Below are positions 1 to 11,645 of a stretch of DNA of 43,055 nt, piece by piece. Under the pieces are notes generated by a model, which saw nothing but the letters and a program-made list of their open reading frames with translations, was not told where the DNA came from and did not search any database. Both the position numbers and the translations under genes were made by a program. The DNA comes from Phoronis australis. Taxonomy: Eukaryota > Animalia > Phoronida. The stretch lies in the NCBI GenBank assembly GCA_002633005.1, contig NMRA01000074.1:703966-747020 (forward strand). The letters run 5' to 3'. Numbering within the stretch: position 1 is the first letter of the stretch; every line of letters starts with the position of its first letter.

Positions 1-1139
1 GTAAAACTCTCTCCATAAAAAGTACAGTCTGCTAGCTAGATTGTAATCAGCTGATCATATCCGCATGAGCGAAGCCAATTATCCTCGCTCGTGACTCGAT
101 GACTAGAGCAGCTTGGCGGCATCCCTTTGATCGTGAGCCGAGCGCGACTCAACCAAGGTGGATAAATACGGTCTAGTTCAATTTTCCATACCCCACCGTT
201 TACCTTAACCACTGGGGTTAGGACCAATCTTATTTAGTGGGAATGTTCATAGCATGATGTGTCCCAAAAATGTATGGTAATTTAAGTCTCTAGTAATAGC
301 CCAGTAACAAATTACTACTTTGCTCAAGAACGAAGCTTGCATGATTTTAGAAATATAGGCAATATCGGCCTGTACCCAATTCAAAAATTGCCAGAAAGGC
401 TGCTAAATTTATCTAAAATTTCGAAATAGGGCCATCCCGGATTACACAGCAACACTCCATTATCTTGTTGTATTTACCCAGAATGCCGTAAACATGAGTC
501 AGGTACATCTGCTAAAATGGTTACCTGTCATTGGAGTTTCATATGTTATTTGTTGTTGTCTGATGTCAGTGTCTTTACATATTTTCTCTTAGTTGCATAA
601 CTCTATTTGTCCTCCAGTGCCAACAAAGTATTACTACCAGCTGCATTACTGTGTTTTCCCATTGCTCCTAACTTGTTGGATGCTATAGCCCAACAACAAG
701 TTGGGAAGTTTACCCATGTAACCAATATCTCACATGACTGATTAGATAACTCCATTCTGGCATTCATGGTTTGTAGGCCAGCTCTCTTTTGTTTGATAAT
801 TGCTCTAATCTCTGATCAGATCGCATCTAGTCTGACTGGGCTGTGCTGCTAAAAATGAAAGTTATGTGATAACGTATTTGAACATAAACCGATAGCATTT
901 CTGAATTCCTAGTCAAATGCTGATCATGTTTAGTTTTTGAATCACCAAAATCGCCCACCTACAATTAACAGAAGTTAAGACAATCCATTCTGCAAAGTTT
1001 CAGTAACCGTTTGAAGCCTGAGTGGGAGATAATTGGCCTGCTTGTTGTCATATTGGACAAAGGACTGTGCTGGGCAGTTAACAAAACAGCCAGATGTTAT
1101 CGCACATTCAGAACCTGTCACGTCTGGAAAAGTTGCTGA

Positions 1140-1356
1140 ACGACAGAACGCTGTCATGGAGGGTTGCAACTCCAACGTGAGAAATTTTGATAAACTGAAC
1201 AAATACCCATGGATGCCTGACGTGGAATTCTTTGCCTTCCCCAACATCAATGACAGACAAAAAATGTGCCTGCTTTCCAAAACGAGGTCAAGCGCATTAC
1301 TATCTCCAGGACAAAGGAGAGTTCTACTGGCATGCAATCCAGGACGGCCCTATTAA
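1140..1356 (+). pseudogene. Degenerate THAP-domain-like coding relic (probably from a DNA transposon)
   Basis: ORF 1033-1356 contains GCNSN...KYPWMPDVEFFAFP...RQK...R...GRP, resembling the THAP pattern CxxxxC...F(F/H)xFP...R..W...R...CSxHF. The first Cys is out of frame and the W/CSxHF residues are lost. Confidence 0.4.
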
Positions 1357-2217
1357 TGCACAACTAGTTAATAATTCAATTTTGTTGTCGGAAAATCGTG
1401 TAAAGCACCATTTGAACAGCTACGTAGATATGTAATCGGAATGACTCGCGGTGAATCATTTGGTATTAAACCCGACATGTCTGCTGAATCTAAAACAATC
1501 AATTTGTGGAGGCAAATACTATTTAACATGTCATGTAACATGTCCTAATTATTCAATTATAATGGGACACTTCAAATATCAATTGAAATGTTTATTGAAG
1601 ATAACAAGATTAGCTGTTCAAATTCATGATTAGGTTATCAAACAGGAATTAATTACCTATTAAGCCAAAATAAATTACTTGTTTATTTACTTGATTAGAA
1701 GATAACACACAATGGAGAAGATCACACACAATGCATGTCTATGACATTCCTTATGAATAAGCATTGCGCAATGATTTTTAGTCATTTGTTACCATGACAT
1801 GCAGAGCATGTGGTGACTCACATGCCTACTAACTTTCACAGCAAATCTTAGTGCAGAGTCTGATACTGGGAACTGAATTTGAACTCCAAACATTGTATTA
1901 GTGTGGGTTCATTTTTGGGAAACGCTATAGTATAATGACATTTGAAAATTGAAAAGGCGGAATATTTGGATCCAGGCCATATCACAAGGGACAAAAGTTT
2001 GTCGCAACAAAAAGAAAAGACAGACTGCGTTTTTCCCTGTTTGTCTGGTCTTGCGTGTCAAAAAGAATGGGAAACAGAGGCAGGTTAACTTCACTCATGT
2101 GTGAATGCAAAATATACAGTGGGCAAACTTCTTTGCTCCTGTCAAAAAGCATGACATTCATACGCTGTGGCAGGAGACGAGGCAAAGCTTCAAAAGGTGT
2201 GAGGGTTCCCCTCCTGG

Positions 2218-2398
2218 CAAGTATGTCTGCAATACATACAAACACACTGATTACTGTAATGCCAAGTATGTCTGCAACACATACAAACACACTGATTACT
2301 GTAATGCCAAGTATGTCTGCAATACTTACAAACACACTGATTACTGTAATGCCAAGTATGTCTGCAATACATACAAACACACTGATTACTGTAATGCC
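2218..2398. repeat. 45-bp minisatellite, 4 copies
   Basis: Unit CAAGTATGTCTGCAATACATACAAACACACTGATTACTGTAATGC repeated head-to-tail 4 times with single substitutions in copies 2 and 3; no spacers. Confidence 0.95.
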
Positions 2399-3089
2399 TA
2401 ATGCATGTAGTACATGTAATTTGCTACAGGGAAATATTTCTCTAGACTTCCTTGAAGCAAGTGTTTATACACCAGCAAAACATGGATTACAGCATTGCAA
2501 ACTACAGGAAATTATGCCAATACCTCTGACAGGATATAGACATCAGTGATGGGTCTGTTGTAGATAACCTCATGCATTGCTGGTGTGGGGACACTTGGTC
2601 AGTTAAATTTGTTCTCAGGAAGCATCTGACCTGATTAACTGCAATTTTAAATGTCAACACTTCAAATAGAAGACTATTTCGGCGGCAAACTAGACCCACT
2701 CACTTCAGGCCCGTAGCCAGGGGGTTCATGTTCAACCGAACCCCCTTGCGGAAAAGGTTAAACCCCAACCTGTAAGTGTTGAACAACAACAACAAAATGA
2801 GTTTCCATTCAGCATCAGTACTGAGTCCCTATAGCTCAAAATAAGGCAGTTTAGCCGCGTTTTGTTGCATAAAACCCCTATGTGAGGACCACGCTGCTTG
2901 TTGACAGTATTTTGAAATAAGTAGGCCAACATTTATTAACAAATCTTTGGTCAATGAAGAAAGACTTGTCTTAATGGCAGACTAATTCATACAAGCAACA
3001 GACTTGATGGAAGACATGTCCAATGCCAGAAATCTGCAAAAGGGATGTTGTCTTAGACAGAAAAGTGAACCCGCAGATACGGGAAAATA

Positions 3090-3400
3090 TGTACTATAGG
3101 CACAATTCCAAGGCGAAGGCCAAAGGCATATTTTTCGTTGCGGTTGCCGGAGTGTATTGCACTGAGAACAAGTGAGAAGAGATTCTGAAAGATTGGCAGA
3201 AGATAACGGCTATCCAGAGGAAAGTATACCTAGTGAACAGCATACGAAAATGAAGAACGCCATGTATACTTAGTGAAATTTCGAGATCATTGAAAAACAC
3301 ATCTTGCAGGCAGATACTGCAAAGGCAATAAAAGATGCCAAACTATTCCGTTATTGCTGACAAAGTTACATCCAACCAAGAACTCATGCCCTTACTCCCG
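3090..3400 (+). mobile_element. Degraded hAT transposase fragment (ZMYM1/THAP12-like, DUF4371 region)
   Basis: Frame-hopping translation gives CIALR..., MKNAMYT, EIIEKHILQAD..KAIKDAK, YSVIADKVTSNQELMPL, matching the hAT motif NAxYxS...I..EIK.A.FYS+.ADEVT. Multiple stops and frameshifts. Confidence 0.55.
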
Positions 3401-3420
3401 GCCGACGATGAGTTGCTGAG

Positions 3421-4754
3421 CAGTGGCGTGCAGAGGTTTGGTGATGCCCGGGACTAGTTTTATTGAATGTCATGCACCCTAGTACTAAGAAAAGTAAAAA
3501 AATGAGACACAAAATAGAAACTTTATTCAATTTAACTACATATCAGTCATAATTTCAACATGTGGAGAATTTCTCACTTACACTGGTTAACACTCTGATT
3601 CACTAAGCCCCAGACAACTTTTAAGATGCCTATTCAGCATGCCCTTTGTATTGATGTAGATCGGAGCTAATGAAGTGGAAAGGTAATAGCTAGCATTACT
3701 GCCTCAACAATGGTTGTTGTTAGTACCCCCATTTTGGTTTTCTTTGACATTTACAGAGTTATAGCCTAGGACTCTGGAGAGTAGTTTTAACTTGGTACAT
3801 TATAAATATTACAAAATGACTAAAAAGGTTAACTTGTGTTTATCTTCACAAAGGGCCACTTCCCAAAGGATGATAAGTTTCATTTTGGTTTTCATTATTT
3901 AATTTTTAATGCTTCTGCCCACTTGTTTTATTTTCTTGCTGAGAACGGGTTCATAACTTTTTATCTAAGTTTGAAACTTGAAGTACCAAAACAGTGGTAG
4001 ATCTTGATCGCCAGTGAAACTTAATTAGTTAAGTTCATAATGTGAGCCCATCCCTGAACTTTCCACAATACAGGTACACTGAACATTTCACGTGTCATTA
4101 AAGTTTAATCTTATTAGAACTCAAATCATAAAATAGACACAAAAGTGTAGATATGGTGATAACGAAACTGAAGATTTGGAATCTCTGGCACTGACTATAT
4201 ATAACTATCCTAGATCTTTGTCAGTAATAAAAAATGAAAAGTGAGGACAAGTTAAGTACAAATGTTTCCTCAGTGGTAAAAAATCTGGCTATTATAAATG
4301 AGATTGAAATTACATTAAAAAATGAATCCATGTGATATCGTTAACTTTGAGAAGCGCTTGTATATCCACCAAGTATATCAATACGCACGGTAATTTATCT
4401 TCAATCGTACCCAATGGTTGCAGTCTTTAAATTATTATTGCATTGATTTTTAAGAATCAAAAAAAAAACACTTGGTTGTTTATTTCCAGCTGAATACCGC
4501 CTTGTTCGTTTCTTATGAAAGTTAGCGCTTAATGCATTTTGAAAATTCGCCATTATACATGTACTGTCAGAGACGTTGATTCTGGTACAAGCCGCTCAGA
4601 AGGACGAGCGGAGAAAATTCCCACACATCTTTATGCATGACTTCCTTGTAAGCGTATTATTCACGGTATGAAAAATTTACTTATCGATTGGAATCCCCCC
4701 ATGTGGATTACTGAGGCCGTCGTCGCAACCCCTCCCCCTTTCTGCATTCTACTG
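3421..4754. mobile_element. Possible old non-autonomous hAT-type element
   Basis: Left end CAGTGGCGTGCAGAGG; right end reads CAGTAGAATGCAGAAAGG on the reverse strand (degenerate CAGT-type TIRs). TSD is not clean. Confidence 0.3.
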
Positions 4755-5451
4755 GTTGATAGTAATACTTTTGATGGGAAAATGCGTAGTTGAATACATT
4801 ATGTGCCCCATGTATATGCTCAGTGTCAACATTGACGACTGCTGAAGTGAAATAAATGATGGCAGTTATCTGATAAACATAAAATATTAAATAATTCCAC
4901 TTGGTTTAAACTATGGCTGGTAATTCAATTCCCATTGTTGTAAAATTTCTTTTAGGTAAAAATGATCCTAACCTAAAGTTATTTGTGAGAAACTCAATTC
5001 GAGAAGCCAAACACTTAAACAGAACCACTGAGTTTCAGTCCATAATACATCAATTTATTTTAGCCAGTGTTAAATGTGGTAAAGTCATCACTAAAATAAA
5101 ATATATGCAATGATACTGCTCTACTTCATGGATTTTAAGAACCTCAGATCAGACTGTTCCTGATTGAAGTTGAGACTTCTAGATGACAGCACATCTTGTA
5201 CTTGAACCTGAGCACCTTGTACTTCGTTTAAGTACAGGGTGCTATGAAACGGACTACCGAGTTTCTAATGTCTAAGGAAATTAGTTGAGTAAATCATACA
5301 TCAAGTCTTAGCCGCATTTCCAAGTTACACTTCTTCAATGGGAGAACCTCACATTAGAAGCAGTAAATACTTCCCTGACCACCATAAGGTTTTACCTTAG
5401 CTTATATAACTGAGGACAGAGAAGAGGGTCGATGTTGTAGTATTACCTTAC

Positions 5452-5524
5452 CTTAGTACATAACTGAGGGCCAGAGAAGAGGGTTGCTGTTGCTCTTGTT
5501 TCTCAACTATTCTTGGGTCAGTGT
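5452..5524 (-). CDS. JAZF1: JAZF1 coding exon 2
   Basis: 73-nt exon flanked by ...tcccatcacag and gtaagg. Joins exon 1 in phase 1 (G|AC) to give DTDPRIVEKQEQQQPSSLALSYVLR, cf. vertebrate JAZF1 DTDPRVLEKQELQQPTYVALSYINR. Confidence 0.92.
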
Positions 5525-7299
5525 CTGTGATGGGAGAAAAATACAGCATCAGCTCCAACAACTACCGAACAAACTGTAAAATTTCAGCAAATTTATTCCA
5601 TTTAGCAAACAATGTGACGAACAAGTGGCTGGCACACACTGAACACACACAAAACCTAGGGACTGTCAATATAAGGGAGCCAAGATGAGTCCTTACTTTG
5701 AGTGCATGAAAAAGAGTGAATATTCAGATGTGTCATGAATGTTGAGGGCCTTCATGGAAATCAGCATTTGTTGAAGTATCAAAAACAGTTCAAGGTAAAT
5801 GACATTTAGACAAGTCTTCATGTTGCACAAAGAAGAAATTAACACAGGTCGTTTGGAGTATATTGCCATTGTTATGAGGCTGAGTATGTTCTTAAGAACA
5901 TGTTTGGAAAATAACGCAGTCCAAGCCTGGTATTTGTGCTATTAGCCACACAGTCTGAAGTTGTGAAACTGAAAGACAGGGATGATCAGCGCCCTTAATC
6001 CCTCGGTTACAGGGTTAAATACTATCCTCTTTCCCATCTGAAAACTCTTAAAAAACAGTCTAAATTCCAAGCATGTGGTTCAAAAATTCACATCAAGAAA
6101 CTGAAAAATTCTCTTGAGGTTCGAATCACTTGAAACTCACACCAGCAAGAATTTGAAAGAGCACAAAATGTTAGTCTTTGCAACTTAGGCAGAACCTATG
6201 TGGGCAGGTGACAGTGGGGGGAGGGTAGAATTTCCCCTCACACAAAAATACCATCTAAGAAGACACAGGCACATTTCCCCTCAGGTAAGCGAGGGTCATG
6301 CATTTTCAAGACATAATCTACAATGCTGTTATTTGCATTTTCACTGGTTACAGTACAAATACCTATTTTTCTATACAAATCTCAGCAAAATCTGAACAGG
6401 TGTTGCTTTATCCACAGTGTTAGAATTGGAAAAACCTAATTACTTCCCAAGTATAAATCAAGTGAAAAGTAATGGCTCGATGCAATGGCAGAAATTAAAC
6501 TCTGAACAAACGTTTGACAAAAGCGCTTGCTACTTTATTGTGAAAAAAGTTTGACTAAACTGCCAAATAACACAATACGCTCAGCTAAGTGTCAGAGTTC
6601 AGTCGAAATATGTTTAGTTCATTCTGAATACTAATGCACCATGCTCAACTCCATGATCACCAAGATGCATTTGCTAACTTTTCATCAAACTGGCAATTCA
6701 ATTTGTGATGGAGCTATAATCAGAGAACATTTTGATCAACTGTGAAAAACATTTTCATCCTAGGAAAATGATTAATGCGGCAATTGTCAGGTCTCATCGT
6801 CTGAATGTTCCCGTCTGTTGCATCAATCGTCTGCATTGCACTACTAGAAGAAGCCAGAACGAGGAGCGTTTTCGTGAACTATGCATAAAGTTTCGCAGCT
6901 GACGAAGTTGTGAAACTGACTGAACACAAAAATAAACAATTTGTGGCTTAGCTGAGGTTTGCTTCATTGAGAAATCAATTGCATCCCCTGGGACACACCA
7001 GTTCTCGGAAATTACGTCCTTTTCTATTTTATTGCGTTTAAGTTCAGTGATATGGATGGCATTACGCCAACCATGCATATGACTTTGAAGTTTGCCACAG
7101 TTAGTCTTCAAAACATATGTGTCATTGCCAGCTGATTACCGAATACCACACTTTTCGAATAAATACTTCGACATGACTGGCTGATATAACACTGTCTTAA
7201 AAGCTTTTGACAATATCTTTTGGTCACTGTTTGTTGTATTTGTTATAATGTAGGTAAGTTGTATACTAAAATAAACCATGTGATTTTGATAATGTCGTA

Positions 7300-7368
7300 A
7301 CAGCCGGGAATCGAAAGGGCGACCCCGATTTAATCGGCAAGCGTGCTTACCCTTCAGCTAATACTGAG
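7300..7368 (-). repeat. tRNA-like relic / tRNA-derived SINE head
   Basis: Minus strand reads TAGCTGAAGGG (A-box-like) ... TTCGATTCCCGGC (B-box-like) at tRNA spacing. Acceptor and T stems do not pair well, so it is not a functional tRNA. Confidence 0.4.
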
Positions 7369-7833
7369 GCTCATATATGATTCACCGGAAGCATGTTTCA
7401 CAAAAATAATTAATGATCACCATTTGTCACTCCTCTGACTATATGTAAAAACACAGTCGTTTAACTTCAGTATATAACCAATGTTTAACTTAGCTCTTTT
7501 TAGCTTATTAGTAATTAGTTCATCAATATTTTAAAAATAAAAAATAATACTATATTTTTGCAGCTGAAAGTTTATATTTAACGAAATTAATTGTTTCAAA
7601 CTCTATAGATTTTCAAAAATGGACTATAATAATTGAACGAGTAGTTTTGACAATCTTAAAAACGGGGTTCCCCGGACGTCCCGTGGGAATTCCTGGTGAC
7701 GTCATATGATGATATCAGCTGGGGACAGTGTTGCTGTCAAAAATGTAAACACTGATCACGATTGACACGTGCAGAGAATCGGGGAAAAAATCTATCAGCA
7801 AGGAAGAATTTTGTTGAAGAAAAGGTAACTTAC

Positions 7834-7939
7834 CAATGTGAATGTCTTCAATGTGCTGAATAAGGTCACCTAAGGTCCTAAATGTCAATCCACATCCACG
7901 AAATTTGCAGGTGTTCACAAGAAAGACAGCCATTTGCAT
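7834..7939 (-). CDS. JAZF1: JAZF1 (juxtaposed with another zinc finger 1) first coding exon, C2H2 finger 1
   Basis: MQMAVFLVNTCKFRGCGLTFRTLGDLIQHIEDIHI matches the JAZF1 N-terminus (FFSNTCRFGGCGLHFPTLADLIEHIEDNHI) and ends at donor G|gtaagt (7833). The start may be ATG 7939 or 7933. Later exons were not found in 1-5400 and are presumed left of the window. Confidence 0.92.
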
Positions 7940-8395
7940 GACCTTTGCAGGCCCGTCTTCATCTTATTTGCATATTGGGTCAAAGTCTCGAAATTATTTT
8001 ATGGAATTAATGAACTAGCAAGGGAGAACATCTGCCTGATATTAGTTATGGAAATAGATGAAGTTAGTACCTCTTCTAATTTTAATCTTATGTAGTCTTG
8101 TTTTCCAAATATTTAGGAATTAAAAGGCAAAGTACGTACTGATTAAAAACCCAAAGTCAGCGTGTGCAAAAATATCAACAAATAAATCAATGAAGCAAAA
8201 ATTTTTTGAAGAAAATTAATAATTGTAGAAATAATAGAAATAAATAATATTTTTAATTGTTTGTTTTTGCTAAAAATTTCGATAAACTCAATATAGTTTT
8301 TTTTTTTTTTGTTTTCCTTTCGTAATCTTAACTTGCCGACTGCCTGTAACGTCTTCAATACTCTCACCCCCCTCTCGTGATAATTGACAACAAGC

Positions 8396-8407
8396 TGCGC
8401 ATGCGCA
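8396..8407. promoter_or_regulatory. Perfect NRF-1 palindrome in the JAZF1/ATP5MC intergenic promoter
   Basis: TGCGCATGCGCA is an exact NRF-1 consensus. NRF-1 is an established activator of nuclear OXPHOS genes and is common at bidirectional promoters. Confidence 0.75.
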
Positions 8408-8410
8408 TAG

Positions 8411-8434
8411 TCTTTCTCCTTGCTTTTACCTCTG
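8411..8434 (+). other. Probable non-coding first exon of ATP5MC with TCT/5'TOP-like pyrimidine start
   Basis: TCTTTCTCCTTGCTTTTACCTCTG followed by donor GTAAGT (8435). The next acceptor, tgttgcag at 8648, precedes the ATG exon. Confidence 0.6.
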
Positions 8435-8677
8435 GTAAGTTGCTACTGCTGATTGTAATTACCTATTTTAATTGCGGTGTAATCGTATAAATCATAATCA
8501 TCTGTTGAGACGACTAGCCTGAAGAAGTATATGAGTTACCTTTCTACCAGTGTATTTGTATATTTTTAGTGGACATCTTTCTTAAGTATCGAAAATTGTA
8601 ACATCTTCGAGACGTTTGCCTCATACCGGTTAACCGTTCATGTTGCAGAAGCCCGGGCAGCCGAAAGAACTTCCAAG

Positions 8678-8722
8678 ATGTACGTCTGCACAAAAATGAT
8701 GTCACCTGTCGCAAGAACAATG
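8678..8722 (+). CDS. ATP5MC: ATP synthase F0 subunit c precursor, coding exon 1 (MYVCTKMMSPVARTM)
   Basis: Kozak-like caagATG; 45 nt; donor gtatgt (phase 0). Resembles the MF/YxCxK start of subunit c presequences. Confidence 0.8.
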
Positions 8723-8808
8723 GTATGTCTGAATGCACGGTGTCAAATTGTCACATATCTCAACGTATTTTCAAGTTGAAAGTCGTGAAATGCAATTTCC
8801 CTCATTTC

Positions 8809-8819
8809 GCCGCCATCTT
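8809..8819. promoter_or_regulatory. YY1-like site near ATP5MC 5' end
   Basis: GCCGCCATCTT, matching the YY1 consensus typically found just downstream of housekeeping/OXPHOS TSSs. Confidence 0.4.
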
Positions 8820-9589
8820 ATTTTGTTTGGGAAATCTGAGCTTAAACTTCGTGAAATAAGCAATTCATTAGTCAAAGACTGCACAGATGCAAGATGATTT
8901 TTTGGCACTTTTCGGATATAATGGACCCTAATTGAGAGAACTAGTATCATCCACTAAATAACGGTCGTTATTCAGTAATTGCCTGGTTCTCTAAATCAGG
9001 GTCTATTATATCCGATTAGTGTGCCACTTTTTTCGTCTGTGTTTGCAATTGCATCGCCTCATGCGAAGTGAGGCTGCACAGCACTGTCCAGTCTTTGTCA
9101 AGTTGATGGCTAGAAATCAGACTTGAAATTTGTTTAACATTTTCCAATCCAACTTTTGTGCAAACTGAAGACAAGTGTCTGTTATTCACTGTTCGAATAT
9201 ATTGTGATTGATGCCGGTGAGTTATTATTCCAATTTTGCGCTTGTTGACCTTAATTGTGAGATTCAAAGATCAAACTCAGGATTTGAGTATAAACTGAAG
9301 TCTTTAGTGTTAACTCAATATCTTGAAGTAAAGATGTTAATCTTTCAGATCTTCAAGTGCAAACTTGTTCATCTCCATGAACTACAATAATAGAAAGATA
9401 TGTAGAGAATGGAAAATTCAAAAATAACTTCGATTTCTAGTGCGGGGAAAAGAACCTAGGCCTGACAAAGGCTGCCCTGTTGGAGATGCAAAAGCTTATC
9501 TGGTTCTTCTAAATGAAAGTATTATGGAGTGAATTAGGGAACGCAGTCTGGCAGAAGCCAGGTTCTCAGTCACTAGTAACCCTGTTTAC

Positions 9590-9636
9590 CTGCTGCCTGG
9601 CCTTCGATTGGTATCTAATTGAAGGCCAGGCAGCAG
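9590..9636. repeat. Short perfect inverted repeat (hairpin) in ATP5MC intron
   Basis: CTGCTGCCTGGCCTTC ... GAAGGCCAGGCAGCAG, a 16-bp perfect stem that extends with G:U pairs to a ~3-nt loop. Confidence 0.85.
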
Positions 9637-10804
9637 CCAATCACTGGGTAGATAGCGATTGACGAGTGCCCCGCACACAGCGATACACCTATGCCTTTAA
9701 AGTGTGGTCGCCAGTTGGATAACCAAGTCACCTAATCCTAAAGTGAGTCACCCATTTTTTTAAAGCATGCTTTTCAGTTTTGTTCTGAATTAGCACAGTA
9801 GAATCTCTTGGTGCCAACTGCCAAACATTCTGTATTCATTTGTTTTGGAGGGTCGGGGAAAGGGCAGATGTTGCCAGCAATTCCAGTGTTCTTCAGAACC
9901 TGTTTTGACTGTGTCTAGTTTGAATTTAGCTTTGACGAGTTTGGTTTATTTGCGTCATGTTTGAAAGCCTTTTCGAAGTATTGGGAGGTCTTTTTTTCTT
10001 AAGGAATTTGATACCAGTTCAATGCATTTATTTCTAAACTTAACATACAAACTCCCCACAGTATGGACTTATAACTCTACAACATGTAGACTGTGTCTTT
10101 TGAAATTCCAATAGAGTTTTAATTTTATGTTGTGGAGAACACTATTCAGGGAGTTGTGACCTAACATACTGGCCTGTATTCTGCAAGCATATGAGGTATG
10201 AGGATTCATGCTATAGCTGAGGGTGACCACAGTCTATGTGGATACTTGCTCCTTGGTGTACTTTCACTAATGTGGTTGGGGACATTAGACAAGAGAAAGC
10301 TTGATTTGGCAACCTATAGCTCGCTGGTGTGACTTAGTTTGTTTGACAAATGATAACTTGATAAAATCCACAGTGGCTGTATTTTTACAAGTTGCATATA
10401 CTTCAGTTTACAAATGTTCTACTTTTTCCGTGTACTTGTCACATCAGACACCCTCATCATATTTTTGAGCACCTAGTCAAAGTTCAATGGACCTGACCTA
10501 TTTTTCTGCTCAACTATAAATGAAAAAACATCTGGGATGGCACTGCCGCATACATGATTTCTGTGTTTGCATGACCTCATTTCCCATTTAGCGACAGGAA
10601 TTTTTCTATGTTGCTTTTGGCAAGTGTGAAAAAAGGCGTCAACAGGCCGCAGGTACCACTGCCATCTTCGCCAAGAAAACTAGGTGTGGATTTGAGGCCA
10701 CTTTTTACCTGGACAAACATTGTCTACTGTTGAACAATAACTAGTTTCATGTTGTGAATTGTGATTGTAAATGTCTCGGATCATGTGTCTTAACGTTGTT
10801 GCAG

Positions 10805-10879
10805 GCCTCTGCTGGAAGTCGGTCACTACTGCGCCCTCTTGGTAGTTCAGTGAGCAGCAGCAGCAGCAGAACTGAAGAG
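10805..10879 (+). CDS. ATP5MC: ATP synthase subunit c precursor, coding exon 2 (presequence)
   Basis: ttgcag|GCC...GAG|gtcagt, 75 nt, phase 0/0. Encodes ASAGSRSLLRPLGSSVSSSSSRTEE, with the LRPLS/G motif typical of ATP5G presequences. Confidence 0.82.
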
Positions 10880-11645
10880 GTCAGTCTTGTGTTGGAAAGT
10901 ATTGTATTGTTTCGCTGGTTCACCCAGGATTGTCGCTTATCAATTGATTGGGCAAATACAGTGGGCAACTCATATGTACTTGGTGATGCTAGTTGGTAAA
11001 AATTCCTCTGGTCGTTTGTAGCAGAAAGCAGTTGTTCAGGATGGCAAGTCCATGCGTGTTTTACCCGGTTGTAGGTATTTATATGGAGAGGTCACTTAGC
11101 AACACCTAGTGAATTTCCAGTTGTCCAGATAGTTGCATTGACTAATATGTGGGATGTATGTTGAAGCAGAACATTGTCACTCAGAGGAGTAGGATTTTGT
11201 AAAATGTTTATTTCATATTGTTTGACAAAAAGTTTAAACTTTGAACGTTGAATAGTTGGTTGGTCCTGCTTGTAGCACGTGGTCAAGTTAATAACGAAAA
11301 AAACATTGTTTCTTCAAAAATGCTTCAGTTTAATTTTTGTGCATGCCATGAATGCTGTTGAGCTACTAGGAACCAGTCCTCCACAGTTTTTAGTTGGACC
11401 ATGGTCATAAGGTATGCTGTGGCTTGTTTCTAGTGCAAATTAGATGTGGTTTCTGGGCTTGTCAGTTGGTGGCTGCTTGACACACTTTCAACTGGTTGGT
11501 TCATCTCGGCTGGTCATATGCGTCAGTTGTGGTCTGTAGCAATAATCCATCTGTACGTTGTTTCCATACCTGGAAATCAATTATGGAGCTGAGTGTAGAA
11601 CAAAGTGATGCCAACTAAACTTAATGTGTGCTTGTCATGTTTCAG

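Noticed and set aside
2218-2398. CRISPR-like array or repeat-protein gene (ORFs 1982-2549)
   Set aside because: Units are contiguous with no unique spacers, there are no cas genes and the context is eukaryotic. The ORFs arise from a stop-poor 45-bp unit.
1-5390. JAZF1 exon 3 and later (FxTDAAR..., KPFxCPVPGCKKRYKN)
   Set aside because: Not recognisable by eye or in the ORF track; presumed outside the window.
7715-7833. C-terminal half of the 74-aa ORF 7715-7939
   Set aside because: Intron read-through past the gtaagt donor; JAZF1 similarity resumes in exon 5452-5524.
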